Source: Octopus vulgaris (taxonomy: Eukaryota). Taken from it: a stretch of 64,000 nucleotides of DNA. This document shows, in pieces, positions 1-13,234 of the stretch. Position numbers and translations under genes: made by a program. Below the pieces are notes generated by a model. That model ran no database searches, had not been told where the DNA came from, and saw only the letters and a list, made by a program, of their open reading frames with translations. The stretch's first letter is position 1, and every line of letters begins with the position of its first letter. The stretch lies in the NCBI GenBank assembly GCA_951406725.2, contig OX597814.1, forward strand, positions 186,558,001-186,622,000. The letters are read 5' to 3'.

Positions 1-1486
1 ACCAGGCAGAACTTAATGATTTAGTTAGAGACCTAGGACTGTCAACAGAGTTATCAGAACTGTTACCTTCTAGGCTGAAAGAGAAGAATTTGTTGCAGAA
101 AAAAACAAATGTGACTCTTTTATCAGAACAAGGAAAAAGGTTTCTGGCATTCTTTACAATTGGAAAAGATTTTGTTTACTGTTGTGACATGGCAGGACTG
201 TTAAATGTGATGGGTATTGAACAGTATGAACCTAGTGAATGGAAGCTCTTTGTTGATAGTTCAAAGAAAAGTCTAAAATGTGTATTACTCTATAATGGAA
301 ACTTGTTTGATGCGCTTCCTATTGGTCACTCTGTACACTTAAAAGAGAATTATGATCACATAAAAGTTGTATTAAATTTACTTTATGATGAACACAAATG
401 GGTCATATGTGTGGATCTAAAAATGGTCAACTTTTTACTTGGCCAACAAGGAGGGTATACAAAATATCCATGTTTCCTATGTTTATGGGATAGCCAAGTG
501 AAAGACAAACATTGGGAACAGAAACTCTGACTAGTTAAGAAAAATTTGACTGTTGGGGAGAAGAATATCATACACTAACCATTTGTTGAGTGAAAGAAAA
601 TCATCCTTCCACCCCTTCATATTAAGCTAAGACTAATGAAGTAATTTATCAAAGTTCTTAATGTGGACGGTAGCTGCTTCAAATTCATATGTACAACATT
701 TCCTGGCTTAAGTTATGAGAAAATAACAGCTTGTGTTTTTGATGGGCCACAAATCAGAAAGTTAACAGAAAGCCAGAATTTCTCAAGCTCCATAGCTGAC
801 ATAAAATTTTAAAAAAAAACAGCATGGGATTCATTTGTGACTGTTGTGAAAGGATTTGGGGGAAGTGGAAGGTTGCAAACTACAAGAATTTGGTGGAGAC
901 ATTAGTTGATAGCTTTCTTTTCTTTTAGGCTGCAAAATGAGCATAAAGCTTCATTTCCTCAATAGCCATCTTGATGAATTTCCTGCCAGTCTTGTAGATG
1001 TGAGCGATGAGCACAGTGAGCATTTTCATCAAGCAATCAAGATTATGGAGGAGAGATATCAAGGCAGATGGAACACAGACATGACAGCAGACTACTGTTG
1101 GAGTATTCAAAGAGACTGTGTAGACATGAAAGTCTTCAGACACTCTCACAAGCGGAAATTTGTTCTGTGAATATGAGGGTATGTGTATGATGTTTGTGTT
1201 TTATCCATCATGTTAGAAAATTAACAGCAGGTATTTAGTAAAAGGTAATGCCATCTTATATTTCATATTCTATTGATATTATAACATATGGTTTGAAGCT
1301 ATAAGAGTTAGTGAACTATCCTGACCAGGTAAATCATTTATACAGTACATCATAAAATAAGGGTAAGCTATAGAATGAAAACTTGATGTATTAGGTAAAA
1401 ATGGATGCCATATATGAAATCAGCATCTCAAAATTAACTAAGAACAACCACAAAACCGAAGTCAGTAAAAAGTGTGTTGACCAGTG
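1..1486 (+). mobile_element. Decayed Chapaev3-type (CMC) DNA transposon, 3' part: transposase pseudogene plus right end
   Basis: ORFs 90-530 and 937-1170 give WKLFVDSSKKSLKCVLL...DLKMVNFLLGQQGGYTKYPCFLCLWDS and MSIKLHFLNSHLDEFP...SDEHSEHFHQ...RYQGRW...ADYCW, motifs typical of this family. They are broken by stops and frameshifts. The element ends in ...GACCAGTG (1486) followed by TAA, matching the CAC...GTG termini and TWA target site of Chapaev3. Confidence 0.8.
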
Positions 1487-1838
1487 TAATCTGTAAAAAT
1501 TTAACCTAAAGCATGGGCAAACATAGTGTAATTCAACTATATAGAGAGGCCAAAAAATACTAGTTTCGTTGAAATAAAAGGAAGAGAATGAGAGCGAAAA
1601 GAAAAGGATTGCAAAGAAACAACAGACAGAAAGAAGAAAAGGAAAAAAAGGAAGGCAAGCGAGGGAAAAAATAACAAATGACTGACAGAGAGAGAGAGAA
1701 AAATGGGCATTTGAAATAGTTAATATATGTACTTCATTGACTGAAGAAATGATTTGAGCTCTCTTTGTAAGTTAAACAATATTCAGCCAAGCAGCAGAAC
1801 TCAATACTTATAACACAGCAAGACAGTCAACTTCGTTT

Positions 1839-1980
1839 TACACACACACATGCATGCATACACAAGCACACAAGCACACACACACATACACAAGCACACA
1901 CACACATATACACACACATACATACACACATATATACATACACACACACACACACATATACATACATACATATGTATGTA
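1839..1980. repeat. Compound (CA)n/(TACA)n microsatellite
   Basis: Directly visible simple repeats. Confidence 0.9.
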
Positions 1981-2194
1981 TAATTTCTTTGTGTTTGTGT
2001 CATGGATGTTTGATACTCTAATAGCCAGACACAGATGCATACACACACCAATGACAGTAACACAGCAGTGTGTGTGTTATCAAAGGAACTAAAAAGTGAT
2101 TATAATGTAACATTTCCTGGTCTCTAATTTTTAATGTGTTTTACACCGTCCCTGCTGCTTTAATTTGTTCATGTCAATGCAAGTGCAAACTTAC

Positions 2195-2328
2195 TCAACT
2201 TCAGACTTAGCAGTATTCAACAGTGATATCAAAACTTTAACAGTCATTGCCAATCCTCATTCACAGAGTTTTGCCCTCATGGTCTTCACAGTGCAGTATG
2301 AGAGACAAACTCACAACATCAAATCTTT
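2195..2328 (-). other. Candidate cassette or non-coding exon (134 nt)
   Basis: Minus strand reads tttttgctttcattatcttag|AAAGAT...GAAGTTGA|gtaagt, with a good acceptor and a consensus donor. All three frames contain stops. Confidence 0.3.
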
Positions 2329-3019
2329 CTAAGATAATGAAAGCAAAAATCTCTATTTTCAAAATATATATATATACACATTAGAATAAATTAAATAGTA
2401 GATTCTAAATAAAGTGATGAAAAACCAATTTAACTTTCCAGTTGCTACTTATCCCATAGCAGCCTAAGTTGAACAAACTTCAGACATTCCAGCTGTGATC
2501 ATCCCATTTATGTTCAGGTCCTTAATTTTTTTAAAAATAGGATACGATGTAAGAGGTTATTTCTTGATTGTTAGTTGAGTGTCTGTACTGGGTGATAGTG
2601 CAACACATAAATAAGAAATATATAAAGTAATATTACATATAAAACTAGCAACTTGTTGCCTTTCCATTGAAATAAGAAGCATTATATATGCATGATGGAC
2701 CTGTTTGTTGCAGCAAAGAAGCTGCTATCTGCCAACTGTGAAACACAAAGATGCTGGTCAGAAGAACTTACAAAATCAACAGCCAGGGTCACTCATTTCA
2801 GTAAGGCAACTATTGCAACATTTATAAGTATGGTGTCTATAGATGGAATGTTCAGCTAATGAAAGATAAGTATGAATGACCCTTTCTCATATTAGAAGCT
2901 TAGATTGCTTTGCCTGTTGTGCAGGTCAACAAGAGGTGCATCCTAATGAGGTTGTGACTTTGACCACAGCATTCAAAAAGTCAGTAATGAAGTCAAACTC
3001 AAAACCTAACCTTTTGAAA

Positions 3020-4450
3020 TATAAAAAGTATTTCAACATTTCCACTTTCAATATCCAAACATTTAACCACTTAAATCAGTTGCCAGAACTCACTGCATTT
3101 GCTATCAAGCAAAATATCAGTGTAATTGGTATACAAGAACACCATTTTCATCACAGCAATCTTGAACTAAAATATCATGATGCTGGAAATGAATGGACCT
3201 TCATCTCTACTTCAGCATGGAAAGGCCCTAACAACTTTACACTGGGAAATGTAGGAATGCTACTCAGTCCTCACACTCTGCACTCACTCAACAGTATTGA
3301 AAAGATTCATCCTCAAATTATTATAGTAATCTTTAGTGGAAACTAACACACCACTTTTACATCTTGCTACAGTTTAACAAATGTCCCTGATGAAGCAGAG
3401 GTTGTTATATTTTACCATGAACTCTTTTATCCTGTGAGACAAATATCTTGTCATAATGTCTTGTTTATAGGAGGTGATATGAATGCTCATCTTGCAAAGG
3501 CTGAATATAAATACAGCTTCCATGGAACAATGAATCAAAATAGAGAATATCTGCATGAATTCATATCTGAAAATGGTCTCATCTGTCTTAACATAAGAAG
3601 TATGGAAAAAGGAAAATTTAATGAAATTTAATTCTTCTTCAACTCTATACCCTCAAAACTGTATAGAGAAATGGAGTGAAGGATGCATTTCTGAAAAAGG
3701 GAGATGTCGGTGCCACCAAAAACTACAAGAAGATTACTCTCACTGCCATATCTGCCACAGTTTACAATGCCATGCTAGTCAACTTTATCCAAGCCAGAGA
3801 TCAAAAAAATCTTGAGGAAAAACCAGAATGGCTTAGATCAGCATTCACCCAGATTCACATACCTTTGAAGTAAAATTGCAAAGGAAGATCTGCCTGCAAG
3901 TAATGTTTATGTTTGAAATGACAATGCCTGGGCAGCTTTAAATAAATTATCAATGGTTTGAAAATCTAAGTTTCTATTAAATTTAAATTTAATTTTTTTC
4001 AGGAAGGTGTGCAGTCAGTTTTTTTAATTTTTTTTATGGATGTACAACATAGACTCCTACAAAGCGTCTTGAAAAGAAAAATCAATGGAACTTATACAAG
4101 AATGTTTCAATCTGTTCTGGATATCTCCAGGAGACAACACCCTACAAAAGAACGTCTCTCTGGTAATTTACCCCCAATATCACACATCATCACAGAAAGA
4201 AGAAGAAGATTTATTGGACATTACTGGAGAGCAAAGGATGAGATTATCAGCGACATTCTTCTCTGAGAACTGAAGCATGAGTATGCAAACATTGGTAGAT
4301 CACATTGAACCTACACGAAGCAACTGTGTAAGGACTCCAAGTGCACCCAAGAAGACCTGCCACATGTAATGGCAGACTGAACAGACAGGAGAGACTGAGT
4401 CATGGTAATCCATGCAATAAGTACAACCAGATGATGATGATGATGATGAT
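3020..4450 (+). mobile_element. Internally deleted RTE-like LINE (APE endonuclease, RT N-terminus, C-terminus, (GAT)n tail)
   Basis: ISTFNIQT, IGIQEH and GGDMNAH endonuclease motifs; KKGD...NYKKITL pre-RT motif; RRRRFIGHYWR C-terminal motif; ends in (GAT)n at ~4430-4450. Confidence 0.8.
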
Positions 4451-5474
4451 GCAGATATGAGCAACTAAACCAGATTTTAAAACAATATTTTATACTATTT
4501 AAGTATATTGCAGAATGTTTAGATCAGACAAGGTAACACACACAATTATTATTTGAGAAACATGGATTAACTACTAATACTGAAAGCAGACAAATTCTAT
4601 TCTTTAGATTAATGCTTCCATTCTATAGGATTCTTCACTACAAATTAAGTTTTATACAGAATCTTAGAAAATTTTCTTGCTACTATTGAGCATTTTGCTA
4701 ATAATTAGTAGTATCAAATTAGTAGTATCAATAGAGTATGGAACAAAATGACTTGTGATGTTTAGTTATATCTCTCTAAGGAGTTCAAATCTTGCCATCC
4801 TTCCAAGGTTGATAAGTATCAGTCAAATAATCAGTGGTTTCTTCAATGAAAATGTATAGCCTGACAGGTAATATAATATCTCATCAATTTTTAAAAGAAA
4901 ATCAATTTATATATAATTGCAAGAAAACACTAATTGTTTAATTTCATTATCATTTGCTAATTTTCTTTTGTAGAACACAATCACTGAATAATCAAGAAAT
5001 GTGTAAACAGATCATTTAACTGTACCTTAAAATGAATACAGATATAAATGATAGCTTGTAACATATTGGTTAAAAAAAACCTGGAATATGAAAAAGCTGC
5101 AAGCTAACTGTGGGATGAGAACTACATATTGCTTATTAGTTACTCTTTGGTACGTTTAATGTTCTAATTAAACATCTCTGCCAGAGATCACAACTCATTA
5201 TTTGTGTACTCTAATATATACATGTACATAACATTCAGATTCCAGACTATTTCTTTATAACCTGTAGTTTGGTATGAGACTTTAGTATGAGCCTTTAGTA
5301 CTCTGGCTGTAGTTTATCTACAGACCTATATACACACAACATTATACAAAATCAAGCATACAGATATCACCATGTTTTTAGTGTCACTGAACAAATAAAA
5401 ACAGAAATGAAAATAATGTATAATTTGCTACCACAATATTAAATTCTGTAGAATAGAAACACAGCTTTTATATA

Positions 5475-6875
5475 TATAAGTACCACTGATGCTATATTCC
5501 TGGTATGGCAACGGCAGGAGAAATACCTAAGCAAAGATAAAACCCTATATTTAACTTTTGTGGACTTGGAGAAAGCCTTTGACAGGAAGACGAACACATC
5601 ACACACCCCTTCAGGTAGCATAGCCCTGCTCGATCTGTAGAAAAGGTGTAGGTACAAACTCCATAAGATGTACCCAGTGTAAGCTATGGACACACAAGAG
5701 GTGCAGTAACATCAAAGGAAGATTAACTGGGAAGATAGCTTTCACATGCAACTGATGCACAGAGGCAATAAACACCACAGATGCTCAGAAAACAGACTCC
5801 ATCACATGCCAGGGGGAGAAACTAGAAGTAGTTGATAGCTTCCACTACCTAGGTGACCAAGTCTGTAGTGGGGGTGGATGAGTGTTACCACTAGAATAAG
5901 AATAGCCTGAGCAAAGTTCAGAAAGCTTCTACCCCTACTGGTGACTAAGGGCCACTCACTCAGAGTGAAAGGTAGATTGTATGATGCATGTGTGTGAGCT
6001 GCCATGCTTCATGGCAGTGAAACATGGGCCATGACTGCTGAAGACAAGTGTAGGCTCGAAAGAAATTAAGTTAGCTTGATCTGCTGGATGTGTAATGTCA
6101 GTGTGCACACATGACAGAGTGTAAGTGCCCTGAGAGAAATGTTAGACATAAGAAGCATCGGATGTGGTGTGCAAGAGAGACGTTTGCGTTGATATGGTCA
6201 TGTACTGCGGATGGACGAGGAGAGCTGTGAGAAGAAGTGCCACTCCCAAACAGTGGAAGGAATCCAGGGTAGAGGGAGACCCAGGAAAACATGGGATGAG
6301 GTGGTGAAGCATGACCTTCAATTGTTGGGCCTCACAGAGGCAATGACAAAAGACAGAGACCTCTGGAGGTATGCTGTGACTAAGAAGACCTGGTAAATAA
6401 AGTGAGTCCACAGCCGTAACCTACACCAGTGTCACATAACCAGCACACTCAAAAGTATCTTGAATCGTAGGGCGACATGCCATACTTAAGGAGACCTATT
6501 GAGTCAAGTACATCAACATCAGCAATATCAAAATCAAATCAAATGGAAATTGTAGTTGTGAGCCCCGTGGTGGTAGCACGTAAAAAGCACCATCCAAACA
6601 TGGCTGATGCCAATGCTGCTTTGACTGGCTTCCACGCCCATTGCATGTAAAAAGTAACATCCAATCGTGGTTGATACCAGCTCCCCTGTGCCGATGGCAC
6701 AGAAAAAGCACCCACTACACTCTCAAAGTGGTTGGTGTTAGGAAGGGCATCCAGCTGTAGAAAAACTGCCTGATCAGATTGGGGCCTGGTGCAGCCTCCT
6801 GGCTTCCCAGACCCCAGTCAAACCGTCAAACCCATGCCAGCATGGAAAACGGACGTTAAATGATGATGATGATGA
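5475..6875 (+). mobile_element. RTE-clade LINE fragment with PHD insert, deleted RT core, 3' UTR sub-repeats and (GAT)n tail
   Basis: FVDLEKAFDR joins directly to the Cys-rich insert. It is followed by FHYLG, MLHGSETW and GRGRPRKTW, then a 3' UTR ending GGACGTTAAA(TGA)n. Confidence 0.85.
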
Positions 6876-6976
6876 TATATATATATATATATATATATAT
6901 TTATTTTATTATGTTATATTATATTATATTATATATATATTATATTATATTATATTATATATATATTATATTATAT

Positions 6977-7016
<40 letters not shown>
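6875..7016. repeat. (AT)n/(ATATT)n microsatellite
   Basis: Directly visible. Confidence 0.9.
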
Positions 7017-7018
<2 letters not shown>

Positions 7019-7872
7019 CAAGACTACACCAAAATGCAATGGAAAACAGCCTATTAAATTCAATTACCTCATACTAATTCAATAGAAATTTTTTTCAATA
7101 TATTATCTGACACAAACAGTGTCAAATTATTTATTTATTTTTTGTGTCTGTTAAGAGTCTAAAGGAGAGAATGTTGTATTGTGTTTTTAAGTATAAGCGT
7201 TTGACTGAGGCATAAACATTTTACTTTGTCTTTTTAATGGTTGATGAATGTATAGTAGGATGTGTGTGTGTATGCAAACAAAGAACTAAATTTCAGCCTC
7301 TTAATAAGAATGATGCTAGAGATGGTTAAAGTTGAAGTGGTTGTGGTTGTGGTTGCAGTGGCTTAGGTGGTAGTTAATGAATATCAATTTGGAGACAGAA
7401 ACTTAAAACATGAAAGAAGAGTAGTTAAGTTCTTAAATTTCTGCTGTAATAGAAATTTTGTGTATCAGCCCCAGATCAGTTTCACTGCACTGAAATAGCT
7501 TCATGCTAAAAGCTCAATGTACTGTCATTGACCTTACTTAAGCTTTTGACTGACCTAGCCTCAAACTAGCTACAACTATATTCATCTACTCTTCTGGTAG
7601 GGTTTCTTATTAGTTACGTTAACACCAAACTCTTTCGAATGTATCTGATGTGATACATTAATGGACAACAGGTGCCAAAGAATAAAACAGGTTCTCAAGA
7701 AGCTAAATTGATCTAATTTCAAAGTTCTATACCTATGCAATCAGTGTATATTTTGGACCTTAAGTTTCATCACCAGCCCTATACGAGCCAACATGAAAGA
7801 CTCTGTGGTTAGTCAACCTTCAAGAAGCAGCAACAAAATCTCCTTTAAATAACAAAAAATGCACAAATCAAA

Positions 7873-8203
7873 AATACTTTCTCTTTGACTTACAACCTAT
7901 GCGACTTATGACCATCCGCACTTACAACCATAAAAAATAATAAATAAAAATAAATAAATAAAAATTGATTTTTGGATGTTGGGCAGCTACATACATGATA
8001 ACTATGGCAGCATCTGGCAATACAGGCTTCCCTCAAACCCAGGCAAACCCACTGCCTGCCACTGTCTCTCGCTCAATCGCTTTCAAGCATCAGTTGTGTT
8101 TGAATGAAAATAGTGTTGAAAAATATAAACTGACATATGTCCAGATCAACTTACGACCTGTCAATCAGAATGGAACTCAATCATAAGTCGAGGAGAAGGT
8201 GTA
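7873..8203. mobile_element. Decayed Tigger/pogo-like MITE
   Basis: Repeated GACTTA(C/T)(G/A)AC sub-terminal motif on the left; inverted TCATAAGTCGAGGA...TGTA on the right. Confidence 0.5.
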
Positions 8204-8253
8204 ATATCTAAATTCACTATATGGGGGGAAGGGAAATGGGGGTGTGGAATCAA

Positions 8254-8563
8254 CCCAAAATAACCTCAGCTCAAATATCTCTGATCATAAGTCTCTGCTT
8301 GATCAGGACTGATCTACACCTAAACAAAAATAACATTGAACAACATTAGAGGTTACTTCCATATAAATATTCTGAATGTGTAACTAGTACTTCAATAAAA
8401 CCTCAGCAATAAAACCCCAAAATAACCTCAGCTCAAATATCTCTGATCATAAGTCTCTGCTTGATCAGGACTGATCTACACCTAAACAAAAATAACATTG
8501 AACAACATTAGAGGTTACTTCCATATAAATATTCTGAATGTGTAACTAGTACTTCAATAAAAC
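8254..8563. repeat. Exact 148-bp tandem duplication with 14-bp junction insert
   Basis: 8254-8401 is repeated at 8416-8563 (offset 162). Confidence 0.9.
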
Positions 8564-9274
8564 TAGAGTTTGTGAATAGGTAGTAATTACATTTACTAAT
8601 CTTATATAACAGTAGAAAGGAGAACATATCGAATAACTGGCATATATATTATAAAAAGATATTTATAAAGTTTTTAAAAAATATATTTCAAAGATTGCTA
8701 TATAATTTCAAAGTTACTGTCTTGTTTGGTAGTATCTGAGGGAGTATTCACACATTTTATTATAAAGTGTACTAGTGTTAGCTTTCTCACTTATACTTTC
8801 TAAAATGCAATATACTTGGTATAACTAAAGTGTAATGATTATAATATTCAAGGACCATTATTAGACTGGCCTTTTTTTGGTAAGTAGGAATGGCTGGCAC
8901 AAGTAGATAAAATTAGTACTTTTGTGTGTTATAACATATCAATGTATCCATGTGTATGTGTGTATAGAGAGAAGGGGGAAAAAGAGGGTGGGAAATAGTA
9001 AATATACAGAAGAACTGAAATAAAAAGATAATTTGTGGTATCTGATGCATGGTATTTCGTGCTCCTGATTTATATCAAAACAATAAAGCAAATACTGTAA
9101 ACCATCATACTTGGAGTGTTCAATATCAACATTTTATTCTGGTTTTTCCAATCCACTTACATAAATCCAACTAGTATAGAAGCTATAAACATTTTCATAT
9201 TAAATGACCTACATACACTAATCACTTTATCTACTCCCTTAATTGTAATAGACTCCATATATTTCTCACTTGAT

Positions 9275-9672
9275 TCTCTTTTACTTGTTTCAGTCATTTG
9301 ACTGCAGCCATGCTGGAGCACCGCCTTTAGTCGAGCAAATCGACCCCGGGACTTATTCTTTGTAAGCCCAGTACTTATTCTATCGGTCTATTTTGCCGAA
9401 CCGCTAAGTGACGGGGACGTAAACACACCAGCATCGGTTGTCAAGCAATGCTAGGAGGACAAACACAGACACACAAACACACGCACACATACATATATAT
9501 ATACATATATATACGACAGGCTTCTTTCAGTTTCCGTCTACCAAATCCACTCACAAGGCATTGGTCGGCCCGGGGCTATAGCAGAAGACACTTGCCCAAG
9601 ATGCCACGCAGTGGGACTGAACCCGGAACCATGTGGTTGGTAAGCAAGCTACTTACCACACAGCCACTCCTA
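9275..9672 (-). mobile_element. tRNA-derived SINE (CORE-like, octopus OR/OK-type), near full length
   Basis: Minus-strand head TGGCTGTGTGGTAAG...GGTTCAGTCCC (A/B-box-like), CORE-like CTTGGGCAAGTGTCTT and an internal microsatellite. Near-identical copies lie at 15.9, 37.9, 44.1, 46.7 and 57.3 kb. Confidence 0.85.
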
Positions 9673-10502
9673 CATATATCTTTCTGTTCTAGTTAGTTTT
9701 ATCAGTCACATCACATCCATACAGAGTCCTATTTGTGTCTCCAACATTTTTAATAACTAAAGTCTGCCAGATGATAAGACATTTCCTAAGTTTATGCAGG
9801 TAGTCGTCAGTAATTAGAAAATCCAATCTACCTGCATCCACAACTTTTCTAAATGTCGCACACTCAACACTTCAAAGTGGTTTACAAAGAAAATGAAAGA
9901 TAACTATGAAAATAAGAGATTAACCATCAACACTTAGAAAATATCGGTCACTTGTGCTTAACAGAAATTTCCAATCTCTGAAAGAGTTATGCAGTTTTTA
10001 TATAGTTTCTTAATACTAAATAATTTGAATATGATGTTCAAAAGACCTTCACCAATGCATTAAATCATGGCACATAAGTTACAATAGATATTAAACACAC
10101 ACACACACACATTCTATTTTTAATCAGCAGAAATTACAAAGTGACTCAAGAGCTTCATGCATGCCACTTATACCTACTTATATATATATGCTCATGTTTT
10201 GAGTTCTGTTTAGTATGTGTGCAGAAGGATGCACACATATATGTTTCATGACTGATGTTACTTCTGTACCATGATTTCAAGCTGTTGCGAAGATCTTTTG
10301 TCCATGATACAGAAGTAATAAGAAACTTTATGAAACTACATGCAACTGCATGAACCTTCCAGAGATTGAAAATTTCTAAGTGCTAGTGGCTGATATTGTC
10401 CTCCTTTTTTTCTTAAGGTTAGTCTCTTATTTTCTTAGTTGTCTTGCATCTTCTTCATAAACAAGCTAGTGACATTCAGTTACTAACTCTATACATGGTA
10501 TG

Positions 10503-10536
<34 letters not shown>

Positions 10537-11079
10537 ACCCTCATGTTATGGCTACCTCAATTTGTGGAATTTCATACTTAAAGAAAATTTAGAGTATTAC
10601 CACTAATTTCTAATTTCAGGATATAATCTGTAATTTTGCTCTCACAGAAACTCAGATAAATTTTAAGGTTTTAAAAACTACTTTTTCTTCTTAAAAGACA
10701 GGCTGCTTCTCTGAGTTTTAGCTAAGATCAAAGTATATTAACAACTGAAAACATATAATTGTCCCTCTCCCCTCCCCTTTGCTCTCCCTAATGTACCTAC
10801 CTGCACACAATATGTCCCTGTTCAATCCCTTTTCCACAATATATTCTCCTAATACCCCCATCCCTCTACCAGCACCCACTCATTACATCACCCCTTCTAG
10901 CTCCCACTCTCCTTTCAAAATCTTGTGAATTCACCCACTCACACTCTCCAATCCCTGATCTACTTCACTATATACTTGGGTATAACAAGAACTTGGGTGT
11001 ACAACTCCTGCCTCCTCCCCACCACATCTTCACTATCTGTCTCCCTTCTCTTTACATCTGAGGCAGCCAAGATTCTGTT

Positions 11080-11350
11080 CTAATGCAAGACACCTTTTGT
11101 GTCACTCAACACTTCTCCTCCCAGTCAGTGGGTCTGGTCCTACAAGTTACTTGGTGATCTCACTACTGCTGGTACCACATAAAATGCACTCACTATACTC
11201 TGTAAAGTGGTTGGCTTTAAGAAGTGCATTCAACCACAGAAACCATTCCAAAACAAACAGCAGAGTTTGGTGCTGTCTTCTGAATTGTCAGTTGTTGTCA
11301 AACCGTTCTACACATGTCAGCATGGAAAACAGATGTTAAATGATGATGAT
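11080..11350 (+). mobile_element. 5'-truncated RTE 3' tail
   Basis: Matches 6700-6875 and ends ATGTTAAA(TGA)n. Confidence 0.7.
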
Positions 11351-11608
11351 ACATATATATGTGTGTGTGTGTGTATTTGTGCATGTGTATATGTATACAC
11401 ATATATCTATAGATACACACACACACACACACAGATAGACAAAAAACACATACACATATATATACTTATATGTGTGTAGGTGTGGGGATGTGTATGCAAG
11501 TGTTTATAAACACTTCTTATGGAGAGTGAGATGGAATTTTAAACTGAATATTTGTGTGTGTTCACATATATTTTCTTGGATCTCAATGAGTATGTATGTA
11601 TGTATGTG

Positions 11609-11655
<47 letters not shown>

Positions 11656-11679
11656 GTATATGCATATATGTCCGGTCTT

Positions 11680-11875
11680 TGCCGTGATAGATCACTAGCC
11701 ACTACACATTCTTTATTTTCTCTCCTTGTTTCTTTGTGTTCCTTTCTGTAGATGAGCGTAGGCTTGAAATGTTAAAGACTTTTACACTTCCCGAGCATTA
11801 TACTAATACACCTGTTTGTTGTCTACACCACCTGTCTTCGTCTTTTGTTGTTTTTTTTTGTGAATTCTCCCCAAA
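11680..11875 (+). mobile_element. Penelope-type terminal-repeat remnant with degenerate hammerhead-like motif
   Basis: Inserted in TA/CA repeats. Contains cttt-CTGTAGA-t-gagc-gtag-gctt-GAAAT-GTT-aaag at 11742-11777. Confidence 0.4.
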
Positions 11876-11914
11876 TATATATATATATACACACACACAC
11901 ACATGTATATATAA

Positions 11915-12185
11915 AGCACCTTTAGAGCATGGCCAATACCAGTACAGCCTGACTAGTACCCATGCCAGTGGTAAATGAAAACCACCTGTGCCAGTGGCAC
12001 ATAAAAAGCACCCACCACACTCTCAGGGTGGTTGGCATTAGGAAGGGCATCCAGCTGCAGAAACCTTGCCAAATCAGAATGGGGCCTGGTGCAGCCTCCC
12101 AGCTTACCAGTTCTAAGTCAAACCATCCAACTCATGACAGCATGGAAAGCAGACATTAAACAACACTAATGATGTCGATGATGAT
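11915..12185 (+). mobile_element. 5'-truncated RTE 3' tail
   Basis: Homologous to 6560-6875, with a (GAT)n end. Confidence 0.75.
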
Positions 12186-12198
12186 ATATATATATATA

Positions 12199-12690
12199 CA
12201 GGGTGCGATGGGTATATTGTGGCCATTTTATATTCTTAATTTCAAGCATGCACATTGTTTGTTTTTGATTTTGTTCACTACACATCATAGAAGGGTCAGT
12301 TGGGCACCACCTGTAAGGAAAATAACACCATGACACAATTCCCTCTGCTAGAAATTTGGAAACAACATGCTGTACTGCTTAGCATTTAGTGCCGGAAGCT
12401 CCAAAACAAATGTTTCAGAGTGTTTGGAAAGAGTTGGATGAGTCTAATGGTGATTATGAAGGTACGGCAGCACGGAAAACTCACTCTGATCATTCTAATA
12501 AGAAAAGAACTCCTAAATTTGTTGGTGAGAACTAGACCATGATTGACAACAAACCCTCCAAGTCAATCAGGTCCATCAAGTGCCTAGAAGAGGTAGTGCT
12601 GTCCTGGGTTAAGAGGGTGACTGCTGGAAGATCCTTTGTCTGGCAACAGGAGTCTGCACTATGCCACACAAGCAGGAGAACACAGCCATA
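12199..12690 (+). mobile_element. Tc1/mariner (maT/DD37D-like) deleted fragment
   Basis: Starts TA-CAGGGTG. Encodes KCLEEVVLSWVKRVTAGRSFVWQQESALCHTSRRTQ (the QQDSAP motif region). Confidence 0.65.
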
Positions 12691-12789
12691 TTTTCTAACT
12701 GGGGTAGACATGACTCTCCCCCACAGCACGACAGCTGTTTTAGTCTCCTATCACACTAGATTCTAAACAACTGGCATAAAACCACATAT

Positions 12790-13025
12790 CTCTATTTATT
12801 TCTTTATTGCTCACAAGGAGCTAAACATAGAGGGGAAAAACAAGGACAGACAAAGGGATTAAGTTGATTACATCGACCCCAATGCGTAACTGGTACTTAT
12901 TTCATCGACCCTGAAAGGATGAAAGGCAAAGTCAACCTCGGCAGAATTTGAACTCAGAATGTAACGGGTGACGAAATACCGCTAAGCATTTCGCCTGGCA
13001 TGCTAACGATTCTGCCAGCTCGCCG
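12790..13025 (-). mobile_element. Meta-domain-like tRNA SINE
   Basis: Minus strand reads GAGTTCAAAT (B box), then GACTTTGCCTTTCATCCTTTCAGGGTCGAT...AAGTACCAG. Related copies lie at 33.9, 40.6 and 41.6 kb. Confidence 0.8.
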
Positions 13026-13234
13026 TCCATCTCTCTATACTACCCCACTCAGTTGGGAGGGCTTGTCTTGCAAGTTGCTTGGTGACCTCACTAGTGCTGG
13101 TACCACAGAAAAAGCACTCTGTAAAGTGGCTAGTATTAGGAGGGGCATCCAGTTGTAGAAGCCATACCAAAGCAGACAATAAAGTGTGACTCTTCAAGCT
13201 CATCAGATCCTGTCAAACCATTCAACATGGGAAG

